Positions 9,268-18,560 of a DNA stretch of 64,000 nucleotides are shown here, piece after piece. Position numbers and translations under genes: made by a program. This DNA comes from Planctomycetota bacterium (GTDB lineage Bacteria > Planctomycetota > UBA1135 > UBA2386). The stretch is taken from assembly GCA_965228735.1 (NCBI GenBank), contig OZ245838.1, positions 5,536,001 to 5,600,000 of the forward strand, in the 5' to 3' direction. The notes under the pieces were generated by a model that saw nothing but the letters and a program-made list of their open reading frames with translations, did not search any database and was not told the origin of the DNA. Positions within the stretch are counted from its first letter, which is position 1. The number at the start of each line of letters is the position of its first letter.

Positions 9268-10971
9268 CTACCGCACGCTGACCGACAGCGCGTTGGTCGT
9301 CACCGCGCCGCCGGCGTTGGCCGTCGGCGCGAGCACGAGCGCGCCGAGCTGCATCTCGAAGCCGCCGCTCAGCGTGCCGGGGATCGGCAGCGACAGCGCG
9401 GCCGTGCCGGTCGGATCGGCGACCACGAAGAGGTTGGCCGCCGGCGTGAATCCGACTTCGCAGCCTGGGAAGCCGAACGGGTCGAGGGCCTGCGGCGTCG
9501 GCAGGCAGCCCACGCCGAAGTACACGATCGCGGGGGCGTTCGCCGGCGCATCAATGAGCTCGTAGGCGAACGTCGAGCCGATCGCCGGGAACGACGTGGC
9601 GCGGACGCGCGGCAGCGCCGCGAGGTTGCCCTGACACCCGCGGCCCCAGCTCAGCGAGTGCGCGCCGTTGCCGCTGCGCAGCACCGCCACGTAGCCGTCG
9701 GACTGGCTGCTCGGTCGGCCGCCGTACGCCGTCATGAGATCGCCGTGGTAGGCCTGACTCCGCAGCCCGTCGACGCGTTCGAACGTGTTGGGCTCGGTGG
9801 TCACCGCGAGCGGCACGGCGGGTGCGGCGACGGGATCCGGCGTCACGGTCGCGCCGCCCGTCGTCGGGTCGGGTGTCAGCACGCGGAAGTAGAGGCTCTC
9901 GAGGTTCTCGCTCGCGCGCGAGAACACGGCGAACACCGTGTTGCCGGTCACGGCGAGCGAGTAGTGCCGATACGTGACGTTGCCCGCGGTGAGCGCCGCG
10001 TCGGATTCGACGAGGCTGCGCACCCAGGTCGTGTAGCCCGTGCTCGCGGCCGCGAACGCGACCTCGAGCGCACCGCCCGCGGGATTCGGGGAGCCGACGG
10101 AGTAGAGCACGTAGAGGTTGCCCGCGGCATCGCGGGTGATGCAGCTGCTGTTGGTCGCACGCATCGTGCTCTGGCTGCCGCCATAGATCGACACGTCGGC
10201 CGGCTGCACCCAACTGTCCGCGATCGTGTCGAACGCGCGATACTTGATCCCGTAGAGCCCGGTGTTGGTGCGGAACGTCGTGTGGAAGGTCTCGCCGACC
10301 GCGGTCACGCTGCCGAGCATCCCGTAGGAGTCGGTGTTGCACCGGTAGGGCCCCTGGAACGTCGGGTCCGTCGTTCGCTTCACGAGCAGCCCACCCGACC
10401 AGCCGCTGAACCCCGACAGCTGCGGCGTGCGATGCGTGTTGAACACGATGCCGATCGTGCCCTGATCGGTGATCGCGAGGTCGTTGCAGTAGTACTGGTC
10501 GTCGGGCGTCGTGCCGGTCAGCAGGATGTCGGGTGTGCCGATCCACTGCCCGGCCGCGGTGTCGAACGCCTGGTAGTAGAGGTTTTGATAGGACCCGCCG
10601 TCGGTCGCGTTCCACGCCACGTGCAGGCGGTCGCACGACCGTCCGGCGACGACCGCGCCGCGGTTGTCGCCGACGGTCGGCACGTCGGTGACGGGGGCCC
10701 ACGTCGCGCCGTCATCGGTCGAGCTGTGCAACTGCAGCGTGCGGCCGGCCTGCGTACCCGAGCCGTCGTTCTCGTAGACGAGACACCAGAGCGTGCCGTT
10801 CGGCTCGTAGGCGAGTCCGCGAGTCCAGCCGCTCGGCACGTGCACGCTGCTCGGTGCGGTGCCCGCGTGAACGGTGCTCTGGGCCTGGAGGGTCGGCGCG
10901 AGCGCGCCGGTGAAGAGCACGGTCGCCGTCGTGGCGACCCGGATTCGGGGAAAGCGGGATGCGGTGGCCAT
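9268..10971 (-). CDS. Secreted BNR/Asp-box beta-propeller protein with recurrent C-terminal domain
   Basis: Signal ending LQA-Q; Asp-box 'SSTDDGATW'; C-terminus 'WGRGC...PAIG...GFPGC...LPIP...TTNALSVSVR'. Confidence 0.7.
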   Translation of the reverse strand: MATASRFPRIRVATTATVLFTGALAPTLQAQSTVHAGTAPSSVHVPSGWTRGLAYEPNGTLWCLVYENDGSGTQAGRTLQLHSSTDDGATWAPVTDVPTVGDNRGAVVAGRSCDRLHVAWNATDGGSYQNLYYQAFDTAAGQWIGTPDILLTGTTPDDQYYCNDLAITDQGTIGIVFNTHRTPQLSGFSGWSGGLLVKRTTDPTFQGPYRCNTDSYGMLGSVTAVGETFHTTFRTNTGLYGIKYRAFDTIADSWVQPADVSIYGGSQSTMRATNSSCITRDAAGNLYVLYSVGSPNPAGGALEVAFAAASTGYTTWVRSLVESDAALTAGNVTYRHYSLAVTGNTVFAVFSRASENLESLYFRVLTPDPTTGGATVTPDPVAAPAVPLAVTTEPNTFERVDGLRSQAYHGDLMTAYGGRPSSQSDGYVAVLRSGNGAHSLSWGRGCQGNLAALPRVRATSFPAIGSTFAYELIDAPANAPAIVYFGVGCLPTPQALDPFGFPGCEVGFTPAANLFVVADPTGTAALSLPIPGTLSGGFEMQLGALVLAPTANAGGAVTTNALSVSVR

Positions 10972-11284
10972 GACGAGATCTCCTGGACGTTCCAGGCCCC
11001 CAGTGTAGTCGAGCCGGGGACGGTCGGGGGCATGAGCTGGCACCGAGAGTGTCGCGATCCTGTCAGCCGCCGGTGACGCGGCTCCGGGGTCACGAGATCC
11101 GCGGCGCGGCGCGCCGCCGGGGTGCGTCGTGGTCCCAGGTCCGGAGAACTTGCGGTCGACCTACGCCGATCGGCCCACTTCCGCTGCGCTCTCGGGCAAG
11201 GAAACGTAATCCCCATGACGTGCCGCTGACGTTGGCGGTGCCGGTCCCCTCTCTCGTCTGGTCGTCGAGGAACGAACGTCGATC

Positions 11285-12751
11285 GTGGCTGCTCAACCGT
11301 CAGCTGTCGGATTGCCGAGAATCGTCGGATTCGCGGGTCTCGCCATCGCCTCGAGCGTCGCGTTCGGCACCTCACTGCCAGGGCAGGCTGCCGCGCCTTC
11401 GAACCAACGGCCCAAGTTCCAGTTCGTTCGTCAGAACGAGGATTGGTCCGAGTTCCGCCCGGGGGCCGAGGCGTCGATCCTCGATCGCGTGAAGCACCTT
11501 GCGCTCAACGAGTCCGGTGACGTCTGGATGTCGTTCGGTGGCCGCTTCGATGCACGCTTCGAGGCCTGGGACGGCTTCGGCTTCGGTGCGACGACGCCCG
11601 GCAACGCGGACGAGTTCCTGTTGTCGCGCGTGATCGCCCACGGCGATCTGCACGTCGGTGATCGCGTGCGGTTCTGGGTCGAGGGCAAGACCGCGCAGGT
11701 CCTCGGGCGCGACGACCTGCCCGGACGGCGTCGGGGCCTCGACCTCGACACGGCGGCGCTCTATCAGGCCTTCGCCGACGTCGAGTTGGCCGGTCGCGAC
11801 TCCGGCAGCGACGGGTCGCTGCGGCTGCGGGTCGGTCGGCAGACGTTCTTGTTCGGAGCACAGCGCTTCATCAGTCCGTTGCCCTGGGCCAACACGCTGC
11901 GGACCTGGGACGGAGTCTCGGCGCTCTACCGCACCGGGCCGTGGTCCGTGACCGGCTTCGCGAGCTACTTCGTGCCGGTGCAGAAGCGCAGCTTCAACGA
12001 CTCCGACGACGACCAGGAGTTCTACGGCATCTACGCGAGCCGCAAGCCCGCCGATGACGGCCGCGGCTATGACGCCTTCCTCGTCGGCAACACCCGGAGC
12101 AACGTCACGGTGAACGGCACGACGGGCAACGAACGTCGCCATACCCTCGGTCTGCGCACCTGGGGCGGCCTCGCCGAGGCTGCCGGCGGCATGTTCGACG
12201 CGGAGTTCGAGGGCGCGTACCAGTTCGGCGAGGTCGGCAGCAACGGCGTCAGCGCGTACTCGGTGACCGGCGTGCTCGGCTATCGCCCGGACGATTGGGC
12301 CGCAGACCCGCGGTTCTTCATCGGCGTCGACGCCGCCAGCGGCGACTCGCGCCCCGGTGGGCACGTGCAGACGTTCCATCAGCTGTTTCCGCTGGGACAC
12401 GCGTACCTCGGTCTGGCCGATGCGTTCGGTCGCCAGAACATCTTCGCGGTGCAGGTCGGCGCGCAGCTGCAGCTGGCGAAGCAGACCAGGCTCCAGCTCG
12501 TGGCGCACACGTTCCGGGCCATGGAGTCGGCGGATGGCTTCTACACGGTCGGGGGCGGCCGGGCGCGGCCGGGGCAGGTCGGCGATCGCGAACTCGGTCA
12601 CGAGATCGACCTCTTGCTCGATCATCGCTTCAACCGGCACCTGTCGGCCTACGGCGGCTACAGCCACCTGTTCGCCGGCGACGGGATCAGCGCCACCGGG
12701 CCGAGCGAGGACCAGATGTTCTTCTACCTCGGGGTGTCTGCCCTGTTTTGA
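11285..12751 (+). CDS. Alginate export (AlgE-like) family outer-membrane porin
   Basis: Signal peptide; motifs 'RQNEDWS', 'LYQAFAD', 'LRVGRQ..FGAQRFIS', 'ASGD...TFHQLFPLGHAYLG', 'LGHEIDL'; terminal Phe typical of beta-barrels. Confidence 0.85.
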   Translation: MAAQPSAVGLPRIVGFAGLAIASSVAFGTSLPGQAAAPSNQRPKFQFVRQNEDWSEFRPGAEASILDRVKHLALNESGDVWMSFGGRFDARFEAWDGFGFGATTPGNADEFLLSRVIAHGDLHVGDRVRFWVEGKTAQVLGRDDLPGRRRGLDLDTAALYQAFADVELAGRDSGSDGSLRLRVGRQTFLFGAQRFISPLPWANTLRTWDGVSALYRTGPWSVTGFASYFVPVQKRSFNDSDDDQEFYGIYASRKPADDGRGYDAFLVGNTRSNVTVNGTTGNERRHTLGLRTWGGLAEAAGGMFDAEFEGAYQFGEVGSNGVSAYSVTGVLGYRPDDWAADPRFFIGVDAASGDSRPGGHVQTFHQLFPLGHAYLGLADAFGRQNIFAVQVGAQLQLAKQTRLQLVAHTFRAMESADGFYTVGGGRARPGQVGDRELGHEIDLLLDHRFNRHLSAYGGYSHLFAGDGISATGPSEDQMFFYLGVSALF

Positions 12752-12794
12752 GAGCCCTGTTCTGAGAGGCCTGTTTCGAGGGTCGGAGCGGATC

Positions 12795-13451
12795 ATGACG
12801 GACGATGCACACGCGCCGGTTGGCGGCGACACAGCGGACTCGGGAGCGACGACGGATCGCCTGTCGTTCTCCTTCGCGTCCATCGGGATGCTCGCTGGCC
12901 TCGGCGCGGGCTACGGCACGCTCGGCTACTTCGGGTTCGAGTTCCTGAAACCGCAAGCCGGTTCGCGACGTGGCTGGATGCTCGTCCGGCCGGTCAAGGA
13001 GTTCACCGTCGGCGAGACGCTGCGGTATCGCACCCCTGGGGGCGCGACCGTCAACGTGACGCGGCGCAGCCCCGAGGCGTCGGCCGATGCGTTCAAGGCG
13101 CTGAGCAGCGTCTGCCCGCATCTCGGCTGTCAGGTCCACTGGGAGCCGCAGAACAACCGCTACTTCTGTCCGTGCCACAACGGCGCGTTCGACGCGGACG
13201 GCAAGGGCACCGGCGGTCCGCCTGCAGACGCCGGGCAGAGCCTCGGCGAGTACTCGCTGCGCGTCGAGCAGGGCCTGCTGTTCATCGAGGTCCCGCTCGA
13301 GACCCTCGCCGCGGTCGAGACCGTCGAGGAGCTCGATCGTGACCTGCGGGTCGCCGTGATCGAGGAGCTGCCGCCGGCCGACCGTTGCCCGCGTGGCGCC
13401 GGCCATGACCCGTGTCTCGCGCCGCGCGACCGGACGGGGCGTCCGGCATGA
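12795..13451 (+). CDS. Rieske [2Fe-2S] subunit of a Rieske/cytochrome b complex
   Basis: CPHLGC and CPCHNG boxes, GGPP loop, N-terminal TM helix. Stop overlaps the cytochrome b ATG (ATGA). Confidence 0.93.
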   Translation: MTDDAHAPVGGDTADSGATTDRLSFSFASIGMLAGLGAGYGTLGYFGFEFLKPQAGSRRGWMLVRPVKEFTVGETLRYRTPGGATVNVTRRSPEASADAFKALSSVCPHLGCQVHWEPQNNRYFCPCHNGAFDADGKGTGGPPADAGQSLGEYSLRVEQGLLFIEVPLETLAAVETVEELDRDLRVAVIEELPPADRCPRGAGHDPCLAPRDRTGRPA

Positions 13452-14497
13452 CGGCGGTCGGCGATTGGTTTCGCGAGCGTCTGCCGCTGCAGGGCGATCA
13501 GCTCAAGGAACTCACCAACGAGCCGGTCCCGAACCATCTCAAACACTGGTGGTTCTGCCTCGGCGGCACGCCCGCGTACCTGTTCCTCGTGCAGATCGTG
13601 ACCGGCATCCTGCTCGCGTTCTACTACGAGGCGACGCCGAGCCGGGCCTACGAGTCGGTGCGCTTCATCTCCGAGGATGTGACCTTCGGGTGGTACCTGC
13701 GCGGCCTGCACCGGTGGGGAGCGACGCTCATGGTCGCGAGCGTGATCCTGCACCAGATGCGGGTCTTCTTCACGGGCGCGTACCGCAAGCCGCGCGAGAT
13801 GAACTGGATGATCGGCATGTGCCTGCTGATGTGCACGCTGGTCGTCGGGTTCACGGGTTACTGCCTCGTGTTCGAGCAACTGAGTTTCTGGGGCGCGCAG
13901 GTCGGGGCCGAGATCACCGACGAGGTGCCGCTCATCGGCGGGTTCATGAAGGAGATGCTGCTCGGCGGCGACGGCTACAACAAGAACACGCTGTCGCGCT
14001 TCTTCGTGCTGCACGCGGCCGTGCTGCCCGTCGTGATGATCCTGCTGATCTTCGTGCACATCACGTTCATCCGTCTGCAGGGCATCGCGGAGATGAGGTT
14101 CGGGGACGAGAAGCCCGACACGCCGCGGTTCTTCAACTTCTTCCCGGACCACGTCGCGACGGAAGTGATCATGGGACTGGTCCTCATGATCCTGCTCAGC
14201 GTGCTGGCGACCGTGTTGCCGGCGACGATGGGCGAGGTCGCGAACCCCAACGTCACGCCCGAGGTCATCAAGCCCGAGTGGTTCTTCTACGTGACGTTCC
14301 GCTGGCTCAAGTTGTTCTCGATCACCGCTGCGGTGCTCAGCATGGGCCTCATCGTCTTCCTCATGTTCGTCTGGCCGTTCATCGACGGCTGGGTGCGCCG
14401 CCGCTGGCCAGGATCCGAGTTCAGCGTCTGGGTCGGGATCCTCGCCGTGCTGGCGATCCTCGGCCTGACCATCTGGGAGGGCGCCGTCGCCCACTGA
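13448..14497 (+). CDS. Cytochrome b (b6-like, fused to subunit IV)
   Basis: WWFCLGG, two His pairs (LHRW...LHQMR; LH...VH), FTGYCL, SFWG and a PEWF Qo motif. Confidence 0.94.
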   Translation: MTAVGDWFRERLPLQGDQLKELTNEPVPNHLKHWWFCLGGTPAYLFLVQIVTGILLAFYYEATPSRAYESVRFISEDVTFGWYLRGLHRWGATLMVASVILHQMRVFFTGAYRKPREMNWMIGMCLLMCTLVVGFTGYCLVFEQLSFWGAQVGAEITDEVPLIGGFMKEMLLGGDGYNKNTLSRFFVLHAAVLPVVMILLIFVHITFIRLQGIAEMRFGDEKPDTPRFFNFFPDHVATEVIMGLVLMILLSVLATVLPATMGEVANPNVTPEVIKPEWFFYVTFRWLKLFSITAAVLSMGLIVFLMFVWPFIDGWVRRRWPGSEFSVWVGILAVLAILGLTIWEGAVAH

Positions 14498-14546
14498 GCC
14501 GACGTTGCGCTCTGTCGCACCCGCTACCGCCTCCCTCAAATACGCC

Positions 14547-16166
14547 ATGTCCCTCCGCTTCAAGCAGTTCGTCATCGCCGTGCTCGGGCTGATGTTCCTC
14601 GGCTCGTTGATCTATGTGCAGCGCATGGAGGTGCTGCGCAAGGAGCACGAGACGGCCGGGCGCGATGCGCCGGTTGCCGTGCCCGCTTCGAGTCAGCGCT
14701 GCGTCGATTGTCACAGCCAGGGCAACCCCGGCATCGTCGATCAGTGGATGTACAGCACGCATGCCCACAAGGGCGTCGGCTGCGTCGAGTGCCACCAGGC
14801 CAACGAGGGCGATGCCGATGCGTTCTTGCACGAGGGCGCGCTGATCGCCGCGATCGTCACGCCCAAGGACTGTGGGCGCTGCCACGAACAGGTGTTCGAT
14901 GAGTTCACCCGCAGCCACCACGCGCGGGGCGGCAACATCCTGGCGTCGCTCGACAACTTCCTCGCGGAGAAGGTGGAGGGCAAACGTGACGACACGAAGG
15001 AGGGCGCGGCGCGGTTCGCCTTCAACCCGCATGGACCGACGCCTGGCCGTTCGGGCATGGGCGAGGTCAACGGCCAGGCGAGTGCGGTGCTCGGCTGCAT
15101 GCAGTGTCACGGCAGCAAGATCGCGCTGCTTGCAACCGACGGCTCGACGTTGACCCTCGACGAGCTGCGACCCGACGAGGCCGGGCAACCCACCAACCTC
15201 GCCGCGGTCGCGAAGATCAAGAAGGACGAGAGCGGCAAGCCGATGCTCGATCCGAGCACCTGGCCCAACACCGGCATCGGCCGCATCAACCTCGATGGTT
15301 CGCGCGGCAGCTGCACTGCGTGTCACAGTCGTCACGACTTCTCGCCGCGGCGCGCGCGCCAGCCCGAGAACTGCGGCAAGTGCCATCTGGGGCCGGATCA
15401 CCCGCAGAAGGAGATCTACGAGGAGTCCAAGCACGGAGTCGCTTATCGGGACCTCAAGGACCGCATGAACCTCGACGGTGCCGAGTGGGTTCTGGGGCAG
15501 GACTACACCGCGGCCCCGACGTGCGCGACCTGTCACATGTCCGGCCACAGCAAGAACGGCGGCGTGATCACGCACGACGTCGGTGAGCGGATCAGCTGGA
15601 CGAACCGGCCGCCGGTGAGCCTCGTGCTCGATACCGACGCCAACCACAAGGTCGTCAAGGAGACCGATCCGGCGAAGCGCCAGGCGCTGATCGCCGACTC
15701 GTGGCAGGACAAGCGCACGCGCATGCAGCAGGTCTGCATGAACTGCCACACCGGCGACTACGTCGGCAGCTTCTACAAGCAGTACGACGACCTGATCCAC
15801 CTCTACAACGAGAAGTTCGCCAAGCCAGGCAAGGCGATCGTCGACGCGCTGAAGAGCAACGAGCTGCTCACCGAGCGGCAGTTCGACGAGAAGATCGAGT
15901 GGACGTGGTTCTATCTGTGGCACCACGAGGGGCGCCGCGCGCGCCACGGCGCCTCGATGATGGCGCCCGATTACACGCACTGGCACGGCATGTACGAGGT
16001 CGCCGAGCGGTTCTACATGGAGTTGATTCCCGAGGCGCGGGAGTTGACCCACGCGGCCAAGGCTGCCGGCAAGAGTGGCGAGGCCGAGGCCGTCGACGCG
16101 GTCATCGACGAGATCCTGGCGCGGCCGGAGCACGCGGGCAACGTCGTCGAGCAACGCGACCACTGA
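14547..16166 (+). CDS. Octaheme cytochrome c of the hydroxylamine oxidoreductase (HAO) family, membrane-anchored
   Basis: Eight CxxCH motifs (CVDCH, CVECH, CGRCH, CMQCH, CTACH, CGKCH, CATCH, CMNCH); 'CHLGPDHPQKEIYEESKHG', 'APTCATCH', 'MMAPDYTHWHG'; N-terminal TM helix. Confidence 0.9.
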   Translation: MSLRFKQFVIAVLGLMFLGSLIYVQRMEVLRKEHETAGRDAPVAVPASSQRCVDCHSQGNPGIVDQWMYSTHAHKGVGCVECHQANEGDADAFLHEGALIAAIVTPKDCGRCHEQVFDEFTRSHHARGGNILASLDNFLAEKVEGKRDDTKEGAARFAFNPHGPTPGRSGMGEVNGQASAVLGCMQCHGSKIALLATDGSTLTLDELRPDEAGQPTNLAAVAKIKKDESGKPMLDPSTWPNTGIGRINLDGSRGSCTACHSRHDFSPRRARQPENCGKCHLGPDHPQKEIYEESKHGVAYRDLKDRMNLDGAEWVLGQDYTAAPTCATCHMSGHSKNGGVITHDVGERISWTNRPPVSLVLDTDANHKVVKETDPAKRQALIADSWQDKRTRMQQVCMNCHTGDYVGSFYKQYDDLIHLYNEKFAKPGKAIVDALKSNELLTERQFDEKIEWTWFYLWHHEGRRARHGASMMAPDYTHWHGMYEVAERFYMELIPEARELTHAAKAAGKSGEAEAVDAVIDEILARPEHAGNVVEQRDH

Positions 16167-16190
16167 GTGATCGACCCGAGGAACGACGAG

Positions 16191-18560
16191 ATGAGCGACC
16201 AACGACATCCGGATCGGCGCGGTTTCCTGCGCGCGCTGGCGTGCACGCCCGCCGTCGCCGCGTTCTCCGAGCGCGACCGCCGCGAAGCCGAGCAGCTGCG
16301 CACGGCCCACGGCGAGGCCCCGGCCGACCGCCTTCGTGACCTCGATTGGGCGAAGGCGCCGTGTCGCTACTGTGGGACCGGCTGCGGGGTCGAGGTCGGG
16401 GTGCGTGACGGCAAGGTCCAGGCCGTTCGAGGTGACGAGAACAGCCCCGTCAACAAAGGCCTGCTCTGCGTCAAGGGCTACCACCTGCCCGCGATGCTCT
16501 ACGGCAAGGACCGCCTCACGCGACCCATGCTGCGTCGCAACGGCGTCCTCGAGCCGATCTCCTGGGACGAGGCCCTCGACCTGATCGCGGAGAAGTTCGG
16601 GGCGGCGCTCGAGGAGAAGGGGCCGGACGGCGTGGCGATGTACGGCAGCGGCCAGTGGACGGTGTTCGACGGCTACGCGGCGCTGAAGTGGGTCAAGGGC
16701 GGGATGAAGTCGAACAACATCGACCCCAACGCCCGCCTGTGCATGGCCAGCGCCGTGATGGGATTCGTGACGCAGTTCCAGAGTGACGAGCCGATGGGGT
16801 GCTACGAGGACCTCGATGTCGGCCAGGACTTCTACCTCTGGGGCAACAACATGGCCGAGATGCATCCGGTGCTGTTCAGCCGGATGCTCGAGAACAAGCG
16901 CCAGAACCCGGACGTGCGCATCATCGACATCGCGACGCGCCGCACTCCGACGAGTGACTACGCGGATGTCTACGTCGAGTTCCGACCCGGCAGCGATCTC
17001 GCGCTCGCGAACGGCATCCTGCATCTGCTCGTGCAGAACGGCGGTGTCGACCGGGCGTTCGTCGACGAGAACTGCGTCTTCAAGCGCGGCATCGAGGATC
17101 TCGAGGAGATCGGCTACGGCTGCTTCGGCGAGCAGGCCGAGAGCTACGAGTTCAAGGATCAGGCGAGGGACTCGAGCTACGACGAACTCGTCGAGTTCTT
17201 GAACGACTACACCCCGGACAAGGTGGCCGAGACGACCGGGGTGTCCGTGGCGCAGATCGAGCTGCTCGCCGAGATGTACGGCGACCGGGCCAGACGCAGC
17301 GTCTCCCTCTGGTGCATGGGCGTGAATCAACACACCCGCGGCACCTGGATGAACAACCTGCTCAACGACATTCATCTGTTGACGGGCAAGATCAGCCGGC
17401 CGGGGAACAACCCCTTCAGTCTCACGGGGCAGCCGTCCGCGTGCGGCACGGTGCGTGAGGTCGGTACCCTGGCGAACCGGCTCCCGGCCGACATGGTCGT
17501 GATGAAGGAGGCGCATCGGCAGAAGGCCGAGGAGATCTGGAAGCTGCCGGCGGGCACGATCAATCCGCAACCCGGGCATCACGCCGTCGACATGTTCCGC
17601 GCGTTCGCGCGTGGCGACACGAAGGCGATGTGGGTGCAGGTGACCAACCCCTGGGTCACGATCCCGAACCTGCGCCGGATCGAGCGCCAGCCCGGCGACG
17701 GCAAGTTCCTCGTCGTCAGCGACATCTACCCGACGCCGACGACGGACGTGGCCGACCTCGTGCTGCCGTCGGCGGCCTGGGTCGAGCGCGAGGGTGTGTT
17801 CGGCAACACCGAGCGCCGCACGCAGCAGTGGAACAAGATGGTCGAGCCGCCCGGGGAGGCCAAGGAAGACGCCTGGCAGATCATCCAGGTCGCGCGGCGC
17901 ATGGGCATGGGGCACCTGTTTCCGTGGCCCGATGAGTCGTTCCACGAGGCGATGTTCGAGGAATACCGCAGCTTCGGACTCGGCACTGGCAAGGACCTCG
18001 CGAGCTACGAGCAGCTCAAGAAGGCGCCGGGTCTCATGTGGCCCGTCGTCGACGGCAAGGAGACGCGCTACCGCTACGCGGCGGGGTTCGATCCCTACGT
18101 CGAGAAGGCCAAGGGCGTGCACTTCTACAAGGCGAAGGGCTACGGCGAACGGGCCGCGATCTGGCTGCGGCCGTACCACCCGCCTGCGGAGGAGCCCGAC
18201 GAGGACTACCCGCTGTGGCTCTGCACCGGTCGCGTGCTCGAGCATTGGCACACGGGGTCGATGACGCGCCGTGTGGCGCAGCTGCATCAGGCCGTGCCCA
18301 GTGCCTACGTCGAGCTCAATCGCGCCGATGCGCTGCAGCTCGGGATCAACAACGGCGACAGCGTCCGGCTCGTGTCCAGGCGCGGTGAGCTCGAGATCGA
18401 GGCGCGGATCGACGGCCGCGGCAAGACGCCTGCGGGCTCCGTGTTCGTGCCGTTCTTCGACGAGAAGCTGCTCGTCAACGACCTCACGCTCGATGCGCTC
18501 GACTGCATCAGCAAGGAACCGGACTACAAGAAGTGTGCGGTCCGGGTAGAGCGGGCATGA
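16191..18560 (+). CDS. napA: Periplasmic nitrate reductase catalytic subunit
   Basis: Tat signal DRRGFL; [4Fe-4S] motif CRYCGTGC...LCVKG; GSGQW; NARLCMASA (Mo-Cys); MGVNQH; LTGQPSACGTVREVG; TGRVLEHWHTGSMTRR; PDYKKCAV. Confidence 0.95.
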   Translation: MSDQRHPDRRGFLRALACTPAVAAFSERDRREAEQLRTAHGEAPADRLRDLDWAKAPCRYCGTGCGVEVGVRDGKVQAVRGDENSPVNKGLLCVKGYHLPAMLYGKDRLTRPMLRRNGVLEPISWDEALDLIAEKFGAALEEKGPDGVAMYGSGQWTVFDGYAALKWVKGGMKSNNIDPNARLCMASAVMGFVTQFQSDEPMGCYEDLDVGQDFYLWGNNMAEMHPVLFSRMLENKRQNPDVRIIDIATRRTPTSDYADVYVEFRPGSDLALANGILHLLVQNGGVDRAFVDENCVFKRGIEDLEEIGYGCFGEQAESYEFKDQARDSSYDELVEFLNDYTPDKVAETTGVSVAQIELLAEMYGDRARRSVSLWCMGVNQHTRGTWMNNLLNDIHLLTGKISRPGNNPFSLTGQPSACGTVREVGTLANRLPADMVVMKEAHRQKAEEIWKLPAGTINPQPGHHAVDMFRAFARGDTKAMWVQVTNPWVTIPNLRRIERQPGDGKFLVVSDIYPTPTTDVADLVLPSAAWVEREGVFGNTERRTQQWNKMVEPPGEAKEDAWQIIQVARRMGMGHLFPWPDESFHEAMFEEYRSFGLGTGKDLASYEQLKKAPGLMWPVVDGKETRYRYAAGFDPYVEKAKGVHFYKAKGYGERAAIWLRPYHPPAEEPDEDYPLWLCTGRVLEHWHTGSMTRRVAQLHQAVPSAYVELNRADALQLGINNGDSVRLVSRRGELEIEARIDGRGKTPAGSVFVPFFDEKLLVNDLTLDALDCISKEPDYKKCAVRVERA

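Noticed and set aside
11044..11284. FNR/NarL-type site upstream of the nap operon
   Set aside because: I found no convincing TTGAT-N4-ATCAA or other strong palindrome by eye.
14547..16166. Evidence for nitrification or anammox
   Set aside because: No amo, cycAB or hzs genes in the window; the HAO homolog appears to lack the crosslink Tyr and sits with napA.
14421..18287. 1288-aa minus-strand ORF, and similar long antisense ORFs (27945-29819, 9658-11076, 53150-55339, 61703-63922)
   Set aside because: Antisense shadows of well-supported genes; stop codons are rare in high-GC DNA and these ORFs have no motifs.
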